Assembly: GCA_050613775.1 (NCBI GenBank)
Contig: JBODTK010000142.1
Location: 1 to 64,000, forward strand
Length of the DNA: 64,000 nt
DNA from: Neocallimastix sp. 'constans'
Taxonomy: Eukaryota
Direction of reading: 5' to 3'
Shown: positions 16,160 to 30,473 of the stretch, one piece after another
Layout of the letters: the number at the start of each line of letters is the position of its first letter
Position numbering within the stretch: the stretch's first letter is position 1
Made by a program: the position numbers and the translations under genes
Notes under the pieces: generated by a model
The model's database searches: none
Told to the model about the DNA's origin: nothing
What the model saw: the letters and a program-made list of their open reading frames with translations, nothing else

Positions 16160-17537
16160 TTAATCTTTTAGAAATATTTAAATAATATAATGAATTTATT
16201 AGTAAATATTTATATTTTCTTTAATATATTTATTTATTTATTATTTATTCAAATATTTATTTCTAATATATTCCATCTATTTTCATCATCTAATTTCTTT
16301 TCTTTCTTTTCCTTTTTTTATATATTTCATAAAAATTAATATTTATTTTCATTTTTATAAATAGTCTGATATTAAAGTATTTTCGTTTATTATATTCGTT
16401 CTACTTAAAAAATCTTTTGTTTATTAATTTAAAATTAATATAAACAAAAATAAATATATAAAATCTTTATATCGCTTTTACATTGATTTATAACATTTCC
16501 TATATTTCCTATTATCTTTCTTTCCATAATAAACCTTTTATTTACATACTTCCTTATTAAATAAAAAATTTTTATAATATAAAATTTAATATTTTAAAAT
16601 TATTTAATCGATTTATTTACCTTTTTATATTATTACCTTAATAAAAAAAATTAAGTAAAGTTTAAAGAAAAATTTTTTTTTACTTTTTATTTTTTATTTA
16701 TGTTTTGTGATGCAATATTATAATTAATTTATTTAATAAACAATATTATATTTACCAATATTATCAATACTAAAATAAATTCTATAGATTATTATTTTAT
16801 ATATTTATTTTATAATATATTTATTAAATATTTGATTAAGTAATTAAATTTTATAAAACATTAATATAGAAATATACATATACTAATACTAGAATATGAA
16901 CAATATATTAAATATTTTAATTTTATAATCTTATAAATATATCATAAAAAATACATTAAATATATTGTAAATACATATATATAGTATTTTATTAAGCAAT
17001 CAATTTTAATTTCGACAAATCATTATATATATTATTAATTTATTAATTTTCAACTTAATCAATTATTTTTATATATTAATTTATTGATGTAATATATTAT
17101 AATATGAACAAAATAATATATAAAAATTAATAAAGAGTAATAAACAAATAATAAATTTCCATGATATAATATTTTTTCATTTTAATACATTTTTACTTTA
17201 TGGCTTGAGTTTGAATAAATTATTTATAATAATAATGTATTTCTATGTTTGTATTTAGATTATGATACATTGAATAAAATGATTTTTAAAATATGTGGCT
17301 TTAAATATGTATTAACTCCTATAAAAATTTGATCTTAAATGGATGAACCGAAAAAATCTTAATTTATATTTGATTTTTTAATTAGTTATTTCCTTTTCCT
17401 TTATTTATTGCTTATTTTAATTATTTGTTTATCATTTGTTTATTTAATAATTTTTTTTTAAGAGTTTTAGTTTTATCTATATTTAATTAAAATTTAAATA
17501 TAAAAGAATAGTAAATTAAAAGGAAATAATATTTTAT

Positions 17538-17790
17538 ATGGAGAAAGAATTTGTTGAAATATTTAATTCGTCTGTGCTTGGTCGTGTGTATAGTGATTTA
17601 TCTAAAGCACACTTAACAGGAAAATGGCATTCTCCATTAGAAAAAGAAAAAGCAGATCGTATTATTAAAGGTTATGACTTAAATAATTAGAATAGTCAAA
17701 TGCAACCTTTCGAATTAGATATATTATTTCCTGTAGGAATTGTCTTAAAAATTTATTGGATATCGAAACTTAGCAGCTGATATGATACTT
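17538..17790 (+). pseudogene. Disrupted coding fragment of unknown family
   Basis: Coding-like composition: MEKEFVEIFNSSVLGRVYSDLSKAHLTGKWHSPLEKEKADRIIKGYDLNN*NSQMQPFELDILFPVGIVLKIY..., with an in-frame stop and a probable frameshift. Confidence 0.4.
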
Positions 17791-17811
17791 TTTGCTCATA
17801 TTAATGGATAT

Positions 17812-19330
17812 GATAACTATTAAAATAAATTTTTAATTATATATCAGTGTACTTGATAAATTATAATCTTGGGGTATTAAAATCTATTACATTTATAACT
17901 AATTATATTATTCTAGCCATTTTAAACTTATTAGTTAATAAAGTAAATTGTTTCATAATTTATTAATATTCATTATTACAGTTTATATCTTCTTGTTGGG
18001 TAATTTTTGCTAATTTTATCTATTTAAACTTTTTTATACATTTCCAAAATAAATATTATTTTTAATATTTAGTACAAAGATTTAGTAAAGTAATTTTCCT
18101 TTAATATTTTATATTCTTTATTTTACATTGTCAATTCTCCTCTTAAAATCTAAATTTCTAAAAGGATTTTATATATTTGAATTTTCTCATCATTAAAATA
18201 TGAATTAATAATTGAAGTTTAATAATTATAACTTCTTGAATACTTCGCAATCAATAAATATAATATGTAGAGGGATAAATATCATCAATTTGTATATAAT
18301 TTATGGTTATATTTAACATTTTATTATACATTTCATTGTTGTGGAGAGGGTGAACAGTCGTTCATCCATTGAATATTTGAATGTTCTTCCTTTTCATTAT
18401 ATAGATGTGAATCTTTGGATTTCATCAATGACCTTTTTATAAAATAAGAACTCTTTCCTTTTTACCAACATATTTTAATATTTTAGAAAATGAAAATTTT
18501 ATCATTAAATATTTTTACATATCTTTTCTTGGTGGAATTTCGGCTTTAGATCATCTGCAATTTGATATTGGGGAACGGAGACATTTAAAGTGAACAACTC
18601 TTAAAAACAGTTCATATTGTTAGGGTTATCTTGCTAAAACAGTACCTATCATTATTAGAGTCCCTTGAGTTACATTTTAATCGATTTAATAATAAATCCT
18701 TCAGTGCCAAGAGTGCTAATGTCGTACCAATATGGTTTAGGAACAATACTATTGGTAGTCATATTATACTGATATTTCAGATACAAATACTAACAGTCTA
18801 GTTCTACTCACAGAATCTATGGAGAGTTAATTCTCTTAATGAGAATCTTTCTGTATTCTTTGGTGGAAACTATACTATCTTTATTTATAACGATGTTAAA
18901 TTCTTTTTTTATTATTTTAGATTTAAATGGTGATCATCTTACTACATATTGTATACATCACACCGAATTTATTTTATTTAACTAATGAATTTATTTTTAT
19001 TACATTAAATTTTCTATGATTAATTAAATTTTTTTTTTTTTTTTTTGTTATTATTATTTATTTTATTAAATCTCTTATATCCATTTTATTTTTATATTCA
19101 ATTTATATAATATATATATTTTTTTACGAGTTTCTTTAATTGTATCATTTTGAATATTTTAAATGCTTAATCAGTTTTATTACTCTTCCATAAATTTAAC
19201 ATAATGAGTAAATTATATCATAATTTACAATTCCATTTTTTTTTTTTCCTTTGATATAGTATTGTGTCCAGCAAATGATAATCTTTTTAAATGTCAGATA
19301 AGAATCTTAATCTATTAAGAGTCAGGACTG
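17812..19330 (-). mobile_element. Highly decayed LTR retrotransposon (probably Ty1/copia), related to the 23127-25268 element
   Basis: 17812-17960 is the reverse complement of ~24444-24591. 19100-19325 is an inverted homolog of 23312-23500, including the LTR-end/PBS junction (gactcttaata|gattaaga vs gattcttaaca|gattaaga). Interrupted by another repeat at ~18700-18940. Confidence 0.55.
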
Positions 19331-19651
19331 TACACCTTATCATATAATATATAAATAAAGTTGACAAAATTATAAAGAATTACTAACATTTAATTGTTCT
19401 TAAACTAAATGATTTTTATATTCATACATTGTGGCTTATACATTAACTATATTATAAAGAGGTACTAATTTAACTATTCATGAACTAAATGTTTTCATAT
19501 TTATACATTGTGATTTATATATATTAATTATATTACAATATATTTTATTACATTTGATTAACGCATTTAACTGTTATTTTTTCTATTTCACATATTCCAA
19601 TTATTATTATCATTATGATAATTATTAATACTATTATTATATATTAACATA

Positions 19652-19653
<2 letters not shown>

Positions 19654-19692
<39 letters not shown>

Positions 19693-20500
19693 GCTATAAT
19701 AAGCCTTATTTATGTATTAATATATATTAAAAAAAAAAAAAAAAAATACATGATGAAAATAAAAAATATGAAAAAAAATTTTTTTTTTACATTAATATTA
19801 AAACTATGTTATGAATTTTGGGGATGAAAAGGTCTCTAACTCTTTATATTCATCGATGACTATTTCTTATGGAAAAAAAAAAAAAATATTATTCGAATCT
19901 GTATCAGAATTTCTTCTTTGTCTTATTGTTTCGACTTCGATGCTTTTAACAACGGTAAGTCTAATGAAATATACATTGATCATAGTATAAAAGTCTTTAA
20001 TTATAATAAGCATAATATTAGTTAGGTATTCCGTAAACCTTAACAAAATATGAAATAAGAAAAGAAGACTCTATCAAAAAGTAATTGAAAAATATTATTA
20101 AAAAAAAATTCTTCTTTAAGATTTCATATACTATATTTCGCCAAGAAGAAGACACAGTACATAAAAATTAATATTAGCATTCAAAATCTTCCGATTTGCC
20201 ATCAGGAATATTTAAAAATTTATCATGAACAATCAGAGAAAAATTAATTAAATTTTCATCAACAAATTGAATGAATTGTTGTTCAATTTCTTCAATTTTT
20301 TTTGACATAAAAGTATTCGGTGTTTAAAACCTGATATATTCTGTTGTTCTCTCCATAATAAGGACAACATGCTAGACGATCTTCTGATACCAATTTGCTT
20401 TTGATAAAAGATTTCATATATTTGAAACCATATTTAATTTGTCCAATCCAGAAAAGTCTAAGAGAATATTTTGAATACTTTTGAGAGAGACCAGACGTTG
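19654..20500 (-). mobile_element. Decayed 3' portion of a non-LTR retrotransposon with poly(A) tail
   Basis: Poly(T) at 19654-19689. Minus-strand remnants FWIGQIKYGFKY, ACCPY, LLG and KSIEVETIRQRRNSDTD; colinear with 6590-6950. Confidence 0.72.
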
Positions 20501-20576
20501 AAAAAATTTTTTAAATTAGTATTAAATTAAAATTTCTTCTATTTAATTGATTTGATCGCGATATTACTTGTATTAA

Positions 20577-20805
20577 TTTTTTTTTTTTTTTTAATTTCCG
20601 GTTTATGTCACCCTGGGTTTCACCCCTCAGGGGCAGTGGCAACATTGAGGTAGTCACACATTTCCATATAGGCAGATGTTGTCCCTTCTGGACAGCTTTG
20701 ACATACATATAATTGATGAAAATTATTCTAGTACTATTTCTCGGAGTGCTTCCCTAATTCGTAACTCCCTTTGAAATGGGGCCAGTATAAGCTAACCCAT
20801 TGATA
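20577..20805 (-). mobile_element. Short non-LTR retrotransposon 3' end with structured 3' UTR and poly(A)
   Basis: GC-rich island followed by poly(A) on minus. TPRNSTRIIF resembles IPRASTRQGLLF of ORF 12991-13287; homologous to 11750-11850. Confidence 0.62.
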
Positions 20806-21239
20806 TAAAAGAATGAATAAATAAATAAAAAATTCAAAATATGTTTTTTAAAACGTTTTTATAATACTTTATTTAGTAATCAATATCATTTTAATATTAT
20901 TTTTACAAATAACATTTATAATATTTAATTAAAAATATATACTAATATCTTGTAAAATTGTAATAAAATAATTATTTATAATATTAAATTAAAATATATT
21001 TAACTATAAAGATATATTTTAATATTTTGTAAAATATATATATATATATATATATATTAAAATAATTTTTAGTTATAACAGTATATTTTTATATTTTGTA
21101 AAAAATAATATTACAATAACAAAATTTTAATTATAAAAATATATTTTAATGTTCTTATGCTAAACTAATCCAATAAGAATTAAAAATACTTTAATCATTA
21201 TTGTATTCATTCATTTATTCTCTTTTAAAATAATTTTAA

Positions 21240-21558
21240 CAATTAATGAATTATAATTATGTACGATAGAATTCATTTGGTCAATTTTCTGTCATTTTTT
21301 AATAATTTATTATTAATTAATAATTCGAATATTTAAATCATTTAAGCATTTCAACCATAATTCAATGAAATCATTTTTAACACTTTCCTTTTTTTTTTTT
21401 TTATTAATAGAGTTTTCATATTTTTGTAATATTTAATTAAAGCATTGATTTCCTCAGTCCTTATTAATTTTTTTTTATTAAAATTCCAACAGTTCTCCTT
21501 TCATAATCAATGTAATATTTGGATTCTTCTTCTTGAAATTATTATGATTTTAAAAAAT

Positions 21559-21597
<39 letters not shown>

Positions 21598-22560
21598 TAT
21601 ATATTAGAATATTCTAAATATTATTTTGTAATATGCTCAATATTACCATAATAATTCCAATTTTGAGTTTTATAGCTAATTAAATATTTTTTTTTAAAAT
21701 ATTCTAAAAATTCCAAAAAATTAACATAATTATGTTCTTTTTTTTTTTTTTTTTGAATTTTTAATACTCTTTTAAAATGTAATATACAATATTTAATATT
21801 TACATTAAGAAAATCTTTTTCTGCAGCATTAGATATGGCTTTTTCAAAATTGAAATGAAATATTTTTGGTGTAATTCAATACTATTATATTTATCAGAAT
21901 TTTTTTTTTTTTATTTCTTCCGATTATAAGTTGTTTGTTTTTTATTTTTTTAATATAGAAAAGGAAGTAGTGTAAAAACAATTTAATTCTGTAACATACG
22001 TTTTAGTTATGAATACTTGATAACTAAATATAGGTGCAATATAAAATGTGCCGTCCGCAAAAATATATTTATTTTTGGAAAATAATTCTGCTTAGAATGG
22101 AGATTAAAAAACAATTAAATCATGATTTGTGAATTTCATCAAATGTTGTTATATCAGGAGGTAGCTGTTTTCTTCTATTTCTTGTTACTTGGGATTCAAT
22201 TGAATTATGTCCAGGGTATATAAGATCCATATCATGTGAAATTTCATCATATTTTCGTTTTTATATTTACATTAAAAGGAATTGAACTATTTGAAATTTC
22301 ACCTTTAATTTTATTTTTTATAATTGATTTATATGCTTCAAATTTATTTTCAAAATGATTATGTGAGTCATTATATTCAAAGATTTGATTCACATTATTT
22401 AAAATAATGAAAAATGGACATTTATATATTATTTTATATTCAGTACATTTATAATAATCTTTCCTTTTGAATGAAAGATTAAAATTTTATTTTTTGTTTA
22501 AAATAATTTGTTCTTTTCCTCTATTAGTTTTGCTTATTTCAATTTCATGATTTTTCTCTA
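21240..22560 (-). mobile_element. Mutator-like (MULE) DDE transposase pseudogene
   Basis: Minus-strand remnants: EISKTNRGKEQII..CTEYK..KCP (N-terminal Zn-finger-like), YIFADGTFYIAPIFSYQVFITKTYVTELNCFYTTSFSILKNKKQTTY (first catalytic Asp in DGTF) and PKIFHFNFEKAISNAA (second Asp of DFE decayed to N). Many frameshifts. Confidence 0.8.
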
Positions 22561-22886
22561 TTTTTTTTTTAATAAAAGTTTCTAATTAAAAATTTTGTTG
22601 ATTAATTTTAATATTTTATATTTTTAATTATATATATTTTAAATGAAGATTAATTATTCAAATCTTATTTGTTAATTCTTTTCTATTTTTATTATTCCTT
22701 TTTTTTTTTTTTAGTGTAACTAATAGATATATAGTATTTATGATATTATTTTATTTTTTAATAAAAGTATAAAAATTTTTATTTTATGATTTTTATTCAT
22801 TTATATTTATTTTAATATTATTTTTATTAATTTATTTATATATATATATTTGTAAATAATAATAATTATTATTTATAATCTTAATA

Positions 22887-22953
<67 letters not shown>

Positions 22954-23126
22954 GCAATCCTTTTATAATTATTACTATACTGTTTATTATTATTTATTTT
23001 ATTAATTATTATTTATTAATTGTTTATTATCTATTTTTTAATTAATTATTTATTTAAACAGATATATCTGTAAAGATGCAAAAATTTTTTTTTAATATTT
23101 AAATATTTACTTTAAAAATGTAAATA

Positions 23127-25268
23127 CATCAAAATTTGTGAAATGTATGAAAAATAAACTTCTAATATATTGAAACATATTGTAATAAAAATAATGTATA
23201 AGCCACAATATATTAATATAAAAGCATTTAATTTAGAATAATTAAGTGCTAGTAACTCTATATAATAAAATATATTAATAAAATTGACATAATTATAAAC
23301 CATAAATTCATGATTCTTAACAGATTAAGAGTCAAACTCTCAAAAAGATTCTTAGCAAAAGAATCTTTGCCGGAAACAATATTATGTCATAAAAAAAAAA
23401 TTTAATTGAATTTTAAATTATGATATAAGCTTCTCATTATGTCAATTTTAGGAAAGCTAATAAAACTGATTGAAAATTTGAAGAAACACGTAAAATATAA
23501 CACAATTGATAAAATGAAGTTATTGCAGGATAAGAAAAATTCCAAAAATATAAAAATTTTTATTTAATAAAGAAAAAGCACGCATAAATGTATAAAAAAA
23601 AGAAAATTATATATTTTCATATTAGAGACTCTTAATTGAAATTATAATTTGATATTTTAACAATTAAACTTTTGGCTATTAGTAATATAATATATCTATA
23701 CATGAAGGAATCTACTATGTGATAGACTATTTCGCCCAATGAATATATAATACAAAATTTAGTAATATATATTAAGAAAATTTAAACAATCATATATTAG
23801 TTTATGATTCTTTTAAATAACAAAACACATTATTTAAAGTATAATTATTTTAACCCATATTTATACATATCAAGCTCGTATACATTAATATAAACTACAA
23901 TAATGGAGGAGACTCTATGTAAGAGATCCCATACAAAATAATTTAAAATATAATATCCCAAATATTCAAGGGAAATATAATAGAATAATAATTTCTAGGG
24001 TACATTCTGGCAATAATAGTATTATTAAACATAGCGTGAAATAAGTTTAGATAATAACTAATTCAATATAATCATAATACAAACCTTCGTAATGAAAGGC
24101 ATAATAAAATAATAAATATAACCATGAGTTATATATAAATGGATGATGTTTATCTATCAACAAATTGAAAAATATTTTAAGTTATTAAACTTCTATAATT
24201 AATATTATAATGATGAGAAAATCCAAATATATAAAATCCTTTTAGAACTTTGGATTTTTGGGGAAAGTAGGAAAAATAAAATAAAAATTATAAAGTATTA
24301 AAGAAAAGTTGCTTAACTGATTCTTTGAGCTAATTATTTAAAAATAATATTATCTTGGAAATGAATAAAATAGCTTAATAGTGAAAATTAACAAAAATTA
24401 ATTTTAAAGAAAAAAAAATTAAATGAAAGATTGAATTTTAATCAATTATGAAACAATTTATATTATTTACTAATAAGTTTAAAATGACTAGAATAATATA
24501 ATTAATTATAAATGCAATCAATTTTAATACCCAAGATTATGATTTATTAAGTGTATCAATATATAATTAACAATTTATTTTAATAGTTATCGCTAAAACT
24601 ACAAAGCGAAAATATATAAAAGTTAACGCTAATCTATAAAGCGGATTATAATTGAAAGTGATGTAAAACCCAATATATAAGAGGTATTCACACAAATTGA
24701 GATGGTATAATATCACCCTTCAAGAGAAAGGTTTCCATCATATAAATGGTAATATATAAACCATATACTATAAGAGATGTTTTAGATACATCTAATATTA
24801 ATGGTGTAATAATATTAAATACTTAGTTTTAGGGGGAAATTATTAGATTATAAATATATTTAAGAAATTATTTTAGCAATATTTAAATTAAATTAAATAA
24901 TTAATATAACATAAAAAATATTTTATTCATGTAAAATTAAAGGATAATTTAGAATAGAAATAGATAATAGTTTAATAATATCAAGTTAATATTGAAAAAT
25001 AGGATAATTTTATATACACATATTCACCATTAAGCCAATTTATTCATTATTGAATAACTAGGTTTAAAGGGGAATGTTAGAATATGTGAAATGTATGAAA
25101 AATAAACTTCGAATGTATTGAAACATATTGTAATATTAATAATGTATAAGCCACAATATATTAATAAAAGCATTTAATTTAGAATAATTAAGTGCTGGTA
25201 ACTCTTTATCATAAAATATATTAATAAAATTGACATAATTATAAACTATAAATTCATGACTCTTAACA
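23127..25268 (+). mobile_element. Internally deleted LTR retrotransposon (copia-like), ~2.1 kb, with both ~195-bp LTRs
   Basis: LTRs at ~23127-23322 and 25075-25268 (right LTR TGTTA...TAACA). Polypurine tract aaaggggaa precedes the right LTR; gattaagagtc after the left LTR resembles a degenerate copia PBS (GGTTATGAGCC). Imperfect 5-bp TSD aaata/aaatt; VDD-like remnant at ~24140. Confidence 0.78.
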
Positions 25269-25269
25269 A

Positions 25270-25348
25270 AATTAATAATATTTAATTTTATTTATTTATT
25301 TAAAAATTTTCAACTTGGCGAAATGCAACTTGGCGAAATACCACACTC
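25270..25348. repeat. Terminal-inverted-repeat-like end of a DNA transposon with ~15-bp tandem subrepeats
   Basis: caacttggcgaaatg caacttggcgaaatacc; inverted match at 26527-26600 and direct match at 26670-26720. Confidence 0.6.
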
Positions 25349-25349
25349 G

Positions 25350-26480
25350 GAGATTCGTACTGGCATCATTTACAAATGCATAAATATCAGAAAGATTTCA
25401 ATTTATTACAATATATCTATATATCTACATGGACACATGAAATCATGTACCCAAATGCTAGTAATTCTCTCTTAAATATATAGTACTAGAGTAAACCTCT
25501 CAGTTACTTTAGTATCTTTTCTAATAATAATAAATACAAGGGGGGAGGGGGGGGAGTCATACTTGGGAGCCCATACATTCTTGTTGTTAACTTGTAAAAG
25601 GGTAATACGTCATAATTCTCTGGCTTCTTTAACCACACCTTATCCAACAGTCTATACCTTGGGATAATTATCAGTTCTGGCCTTGTCCAGGTATCTTGTT
25701 TGTGCTATTTCAAGAATGTGCTTGAGGTTTCCTAAGTTATGTACAAAGCTATCGATCATCTTTGCCTCGCCTAACGAGTGAACTAGATCTGCTGTTTTTG
25801 GGGAGTTGTGCACCTGGTAGTTATACAAGGTAAGGAATGGAGATTGTTGAGTAGAAGCGTGAATAGAATTGTTATAATAGAATTCTGCTAATACTAGGTA
25901 GTCCATCCAGCTTTCATCATCATAGGTTCCAACAAAGCACCGTAAATAAGTTTCTACGTAGACATTGTTCCTCTCAACTTGGCCTACTGTTTCGTGGTGA
26001 CTCGTGGTAGCATAGTTGACTTCAGTTCTGAAGAACTCGAGTAAATACTTCCATATTTGACTTGTAAACTGGACTCCTCTATCGGTAGTAACGACTTTAG
26101 GAAATCCATGCAGCCCATAAATTTCCCTTAGGAACGCGTCAGCAGTCTCGTTAGCATTGGGTACATGTTTAAATCCTATCAAGTGTATCATTTTGGTTAA
26201 TTTATCACAGCGCACTAAGATACAATCTGCTCTTCTTGTTTCTCAAGCATAACCATTATCTGTTCTTATCCTACATCTCACGGGTAGATCCGTAATAAAA
26301 TCTAGTTGTACCTCTTGCTAGGGTAGTTCTGCAGTACCATATTCCTTGTGCCTATCATTTTTCTAGGGAGCGCAGGTTTTACAAGGTTTCATGTAGCCTG
26401 TAATATCCTTCCTCATCTTCGGCTAGTAGAAATTCCTAGATACCAGGTCCGAAGTTTTATCTATTCCTAAATGTCCTGCG
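25350..26480 (-). mobile_element. Ty3/gypsy integrase pseudogene fragment
   Basis: Zinc-binding GHLGIDKTSDLVSRNFY*PKMRKDITGYMKPCKTC, then P*QEVQLDFITDLP, HGFPKVVTTDRGVQFTS, HHETVGQVERNN and AEFYYNNSIHASTQQSPF. Confidence 0.92.
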
Positions 26481-26727
26481 GGCATTTCTCCAATTTTTTT
26501 GAAAGCATGTGGCGTATTAAAAAAATGTGGCATTTCACCAAGTTGAAAATTATTAAATAAATAAATAAATAAATAAATAAAATTAAATATTATTAATATT
26601 GAATAAAAACAATTTTAAAGAAAATTATTTTGAATTAATATTTATTTATTCATTTATTTATATCAATATTCCACTTGTCGAAATGCAACCTGGCGAAATG
26701 CAATTTGGGGAAATGCAACTGTCATAC
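26481..26727. mobile_element. MITE-like element (~245 bp) with inverted ends
   Basis: Left end tgtggcatttcaccaagttgaaaat is inverted relative to right end attccacttgtcgaaatgcaacctggcgaaatgc. AT-rich core; abuts and truncates the gypsy integrase. Confidence 0.55.
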
Positions 26728-27078
26728 TTACCTGTAACCCTAACCACTATATTCCATAAAAACCTCTTGTGAGGAAAATGGTCATAGGGCATGATCGAAT
26801 CAGGAACCTTATGTATGTTAGCCCACAGACTAACAACCAGGAAAAAACCTGGTTTGATTTTAGACAAGGAAGAGAACACACTTCTATTCCTTATTTTATT
26901 AATTATTAATTATTAAATCTATTAAAATATTGTATACATTACTTGTATAATATTCATTTTCCTAGTATATTTATTTTTCTTGGAATTTTTATTGTGTCTG
27001 TTTATAATATATTATTATCTACTACCACATTGATGAACAAAGATAAAATCTTTTTTTTTTAAAAAAAAAAATTATAAA

Positions 27079-27510
<432 letters not shown>

Positions 27511-28490
27511 TAAATGTCTTCCTAATTATCTTGTAGAACACCAGTGATTTTTTCGACCAAGAATAACGTGGCATGGAAAGGATATGGTTTATGAGATCTT
27601 TAATGATACATTTTGAATTTTTTCCAATCACAAAAATTATTTTATTTAAAGAGAAGTACTAAAGCAAACAATTGGAAACATTTGAAAATCACGAGATAAG
27701 GCATAAATACTAACCGCTGAGTTTCTTTTGGTATAACTCTTTGCATTTTTTTTCATCTTTTCAATGTTAAGATAATCTTTCTTGTTGAAGGAGACAGAAT
27801 CAATACTCCACAATAATGCAGTGTTAATTATGGATTGTACATTCTTAGAATTGTTTTTGTTTGAATCTAAAAGTGTAACAAAATATAATAATTTCACTAA
27901 TAATAATATGATTAAATAATACATCTTTTAAATATTAACTGAACTATTTTATTGGATAAAAACTAGAGAAAAAAAATAAGGATTCTCCAACCTTAGTATT
28001 CATATATGTGAAAATAGGATCAAGGGAAAGATCATTAAGTAAGTGGATACAAAAGTTACAAAAGTAAATATTATATTTAAGGATTTAATAATCATTGTAG
28101 CGCATTTATTGATACCGAAAAAGCATTTCTTTTTTATTAGCCTAACAAAAAACATGACAAAGAAGAGTCTTCATTTTTTTTTTTTTTTTTTTTTTTCACT
28201 AGGGATTATAAGAACAATATCATCAGCAAAAAGACCAAAAGACCATCACAACGATTTTTTGATTAATGATACTAACACCATATTTATCACAATTAATTAA
28301 AATATCATTAATAAACAAATTAAACAAAATTGGTGATAATGGGCAACCTTGTCTTGTCTAACACCAGGAAGAATAGGAAATCTATTTGATAATATATCAA
28401 GGTAATGAGCCCTAGCTTTGGAAGTAAGAATGTTGAAAATAAGAACAACATCGTAGACTTTTTTAAGATCATGAAAAGATACATACATAA
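27511..28490 (-). mobile_element. Non-LTR retrotransposon reverse transcriptase pseudogene fragment
   Basis: YVSFHDLKKVYDVV, FPILPGVRQ, GLFADDIVL (28212-28238) and YALSRDFQMFPI. Its 3' end is probably 26860-27050 (tagacaaggaagagaacacacttc, shared with 7341-7364). Confidence 0.8.
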
Positions 28491-29590
28491 TTTTTTTTTT
28501 TTTTTTTCTTTTTAGACTTAGAGAAAACTTTATTTAATAATAATAATAAAATTACATGAATTTAATGAAAAAAAAAATAAAATAAAATAAAATACATGAA
28601 ATATAATATTATATATTATAAAATTATAAAAGTACGTTAGAAGCAATAGCCCCTCCTAGCTTTTCCCATTCATCGGTAATAACACCGCGTCCAATATTGT
28701 GAGTAATAATTTCAATATTAGAGTTATCTAACGAATCTGTATCAGTTCTTTTACCGGGAGGTGAAAATTCATGCCTTATCATTTCGACGTCGACACTCTT
28801 AGCAACGGTAGATTCAACGGAATATCATTTCATCATCAATCTAAAAGATCGGCAAATTAATGGTATTACGTTTGTTAGAAACTCCGAAATCCCCACAAAA
28901 TACGGAACAGTCGACGAAGTTGGACTTTGTTTAAAAATATTGTCAACTAATTGTCTTTGTTCCACATCATTAAGTTTAATTTTTCCATATATTGAACGCC
29001 CACCAAGAAGAGCACTCAATATAAAGTAATAAATATTATTATCATAATCCTTTTCTGAATCTAAAGAAACATCCAAGGATTTTTATTCAATTAATCATTG
29101 CAAACTTCAAAAAGAGATCATCTAGAAAAGGTAAAGATTTATTTCTATAATTTTCCAATTCTTTACAGGCAAAGATCGTATAGGTTTCAATGATAAAGAT
29201 TCCTCTAAAGGAATACCAAGATAAGTATTGTCCGTTTTAGGTAATTTGTTACTACCAATATAGAAAGATGGATCTTCATTGTTTATCAGTTTAGCAAAGT
29301 TAATCAGTTTTACAACAAGAGTAGCACACTTATTAATTCCAAATGTCATTTCATTTTTAATAGTCCATTCATGAACTTTATTCAAAATTTTCTTAAGAGT
29401 TTGTTTAGATGGAGCAACTAAAACAATATCATCGGCAAAAAGTCCACCACAACAATATTAAGAATCTAAATTTACACCATACTTATCACAATTATCCAGT
29501 ATATATCACTAATGAATAAATTGAATAAAAAAGGAGATAGAGGGCACCCTTGTCTAATAACACGATCAATCGAAAATTCTTCTGAGAGAT
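28491..29590 (-). mobile_element. Internally deleted non-LTR retrotransposon: RT core, C-terminus, 3' UTR and poly(A)
   Basis: RQGCPLS, CCGGLFADDIVLVAPS, EWTIKNEMTFGINKCATL, YLGIP, ALLGG and KSVDVEMIRH; poly(T) at 28491-28513 followed by agac. Confidence 0.85.
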
Positions 29591-30473
29591 TCTTTAAATT
29601 TTCTTCTTTGGCAAATTTCTCTTTTAGAAATATGAAGACTAATAAATAATCAAAAAAAAAAATCTTTTAAAAATTTAATAAACAAATTGAACGTATTGAT
29701 TTAATGATATATTTATTTATTGATATATTTACTTTTTTATTTTTTATTTTTTTTTTTTTTATTTTTATTTTTATTTACATTATTATGTTTATAAATTATA
29801 AAAAAAGACATATAAAAAAAATTTATAATTAAAAACTTTAAAAAAAAATGTATATATATATAAATTAAATATAAAAAAATTTATGAAATTCAGTTTAAAA
29901 TAAAATTTCTTTTTAAATTACAGTTAATTCTTTTTTTATTAGTATTTGTATTTATATTAAAATTTATTTAGTTTATATATAATTTTATAATTAAATTAAA
30001 TTTATGATGAGGAATTGACACATGTATTTTTTTTTTTTTTTTATTTTGTTAGTATTATTTTGAAAATTATTTTACGATATGAATAAATATAAAAATAGAT
30101 GACGATAAAATACTCCACATTATATATCATAATAATTTTCTCTTTTGGGATTATTAATTTCTTTAAATCTATAAACTATTTCTTTTCTTTTTTTTTTTTT
30201 TTTTTTTTTTAAAAAAATGTTTTATTTGATATAACTATTTTTATAAAATATTTTTATTTTATTCTATATATTATTTTTAGATTTTAAAATTTAAAATTTT
30301 TTCTTGATACTTATTTTACAAATAATTATATCAAATGTAATTTCTTTTTTTTTTTAAAAAAAAAAAAAAATTTAAAAAGAAAAAGAAAAAAAGTATTTCA
30401 AATAATTAAATCATTTATTTTAAAATAAATAATTTAATTATTTTATTTTTAGAGACTATTTCATTCAATTATT

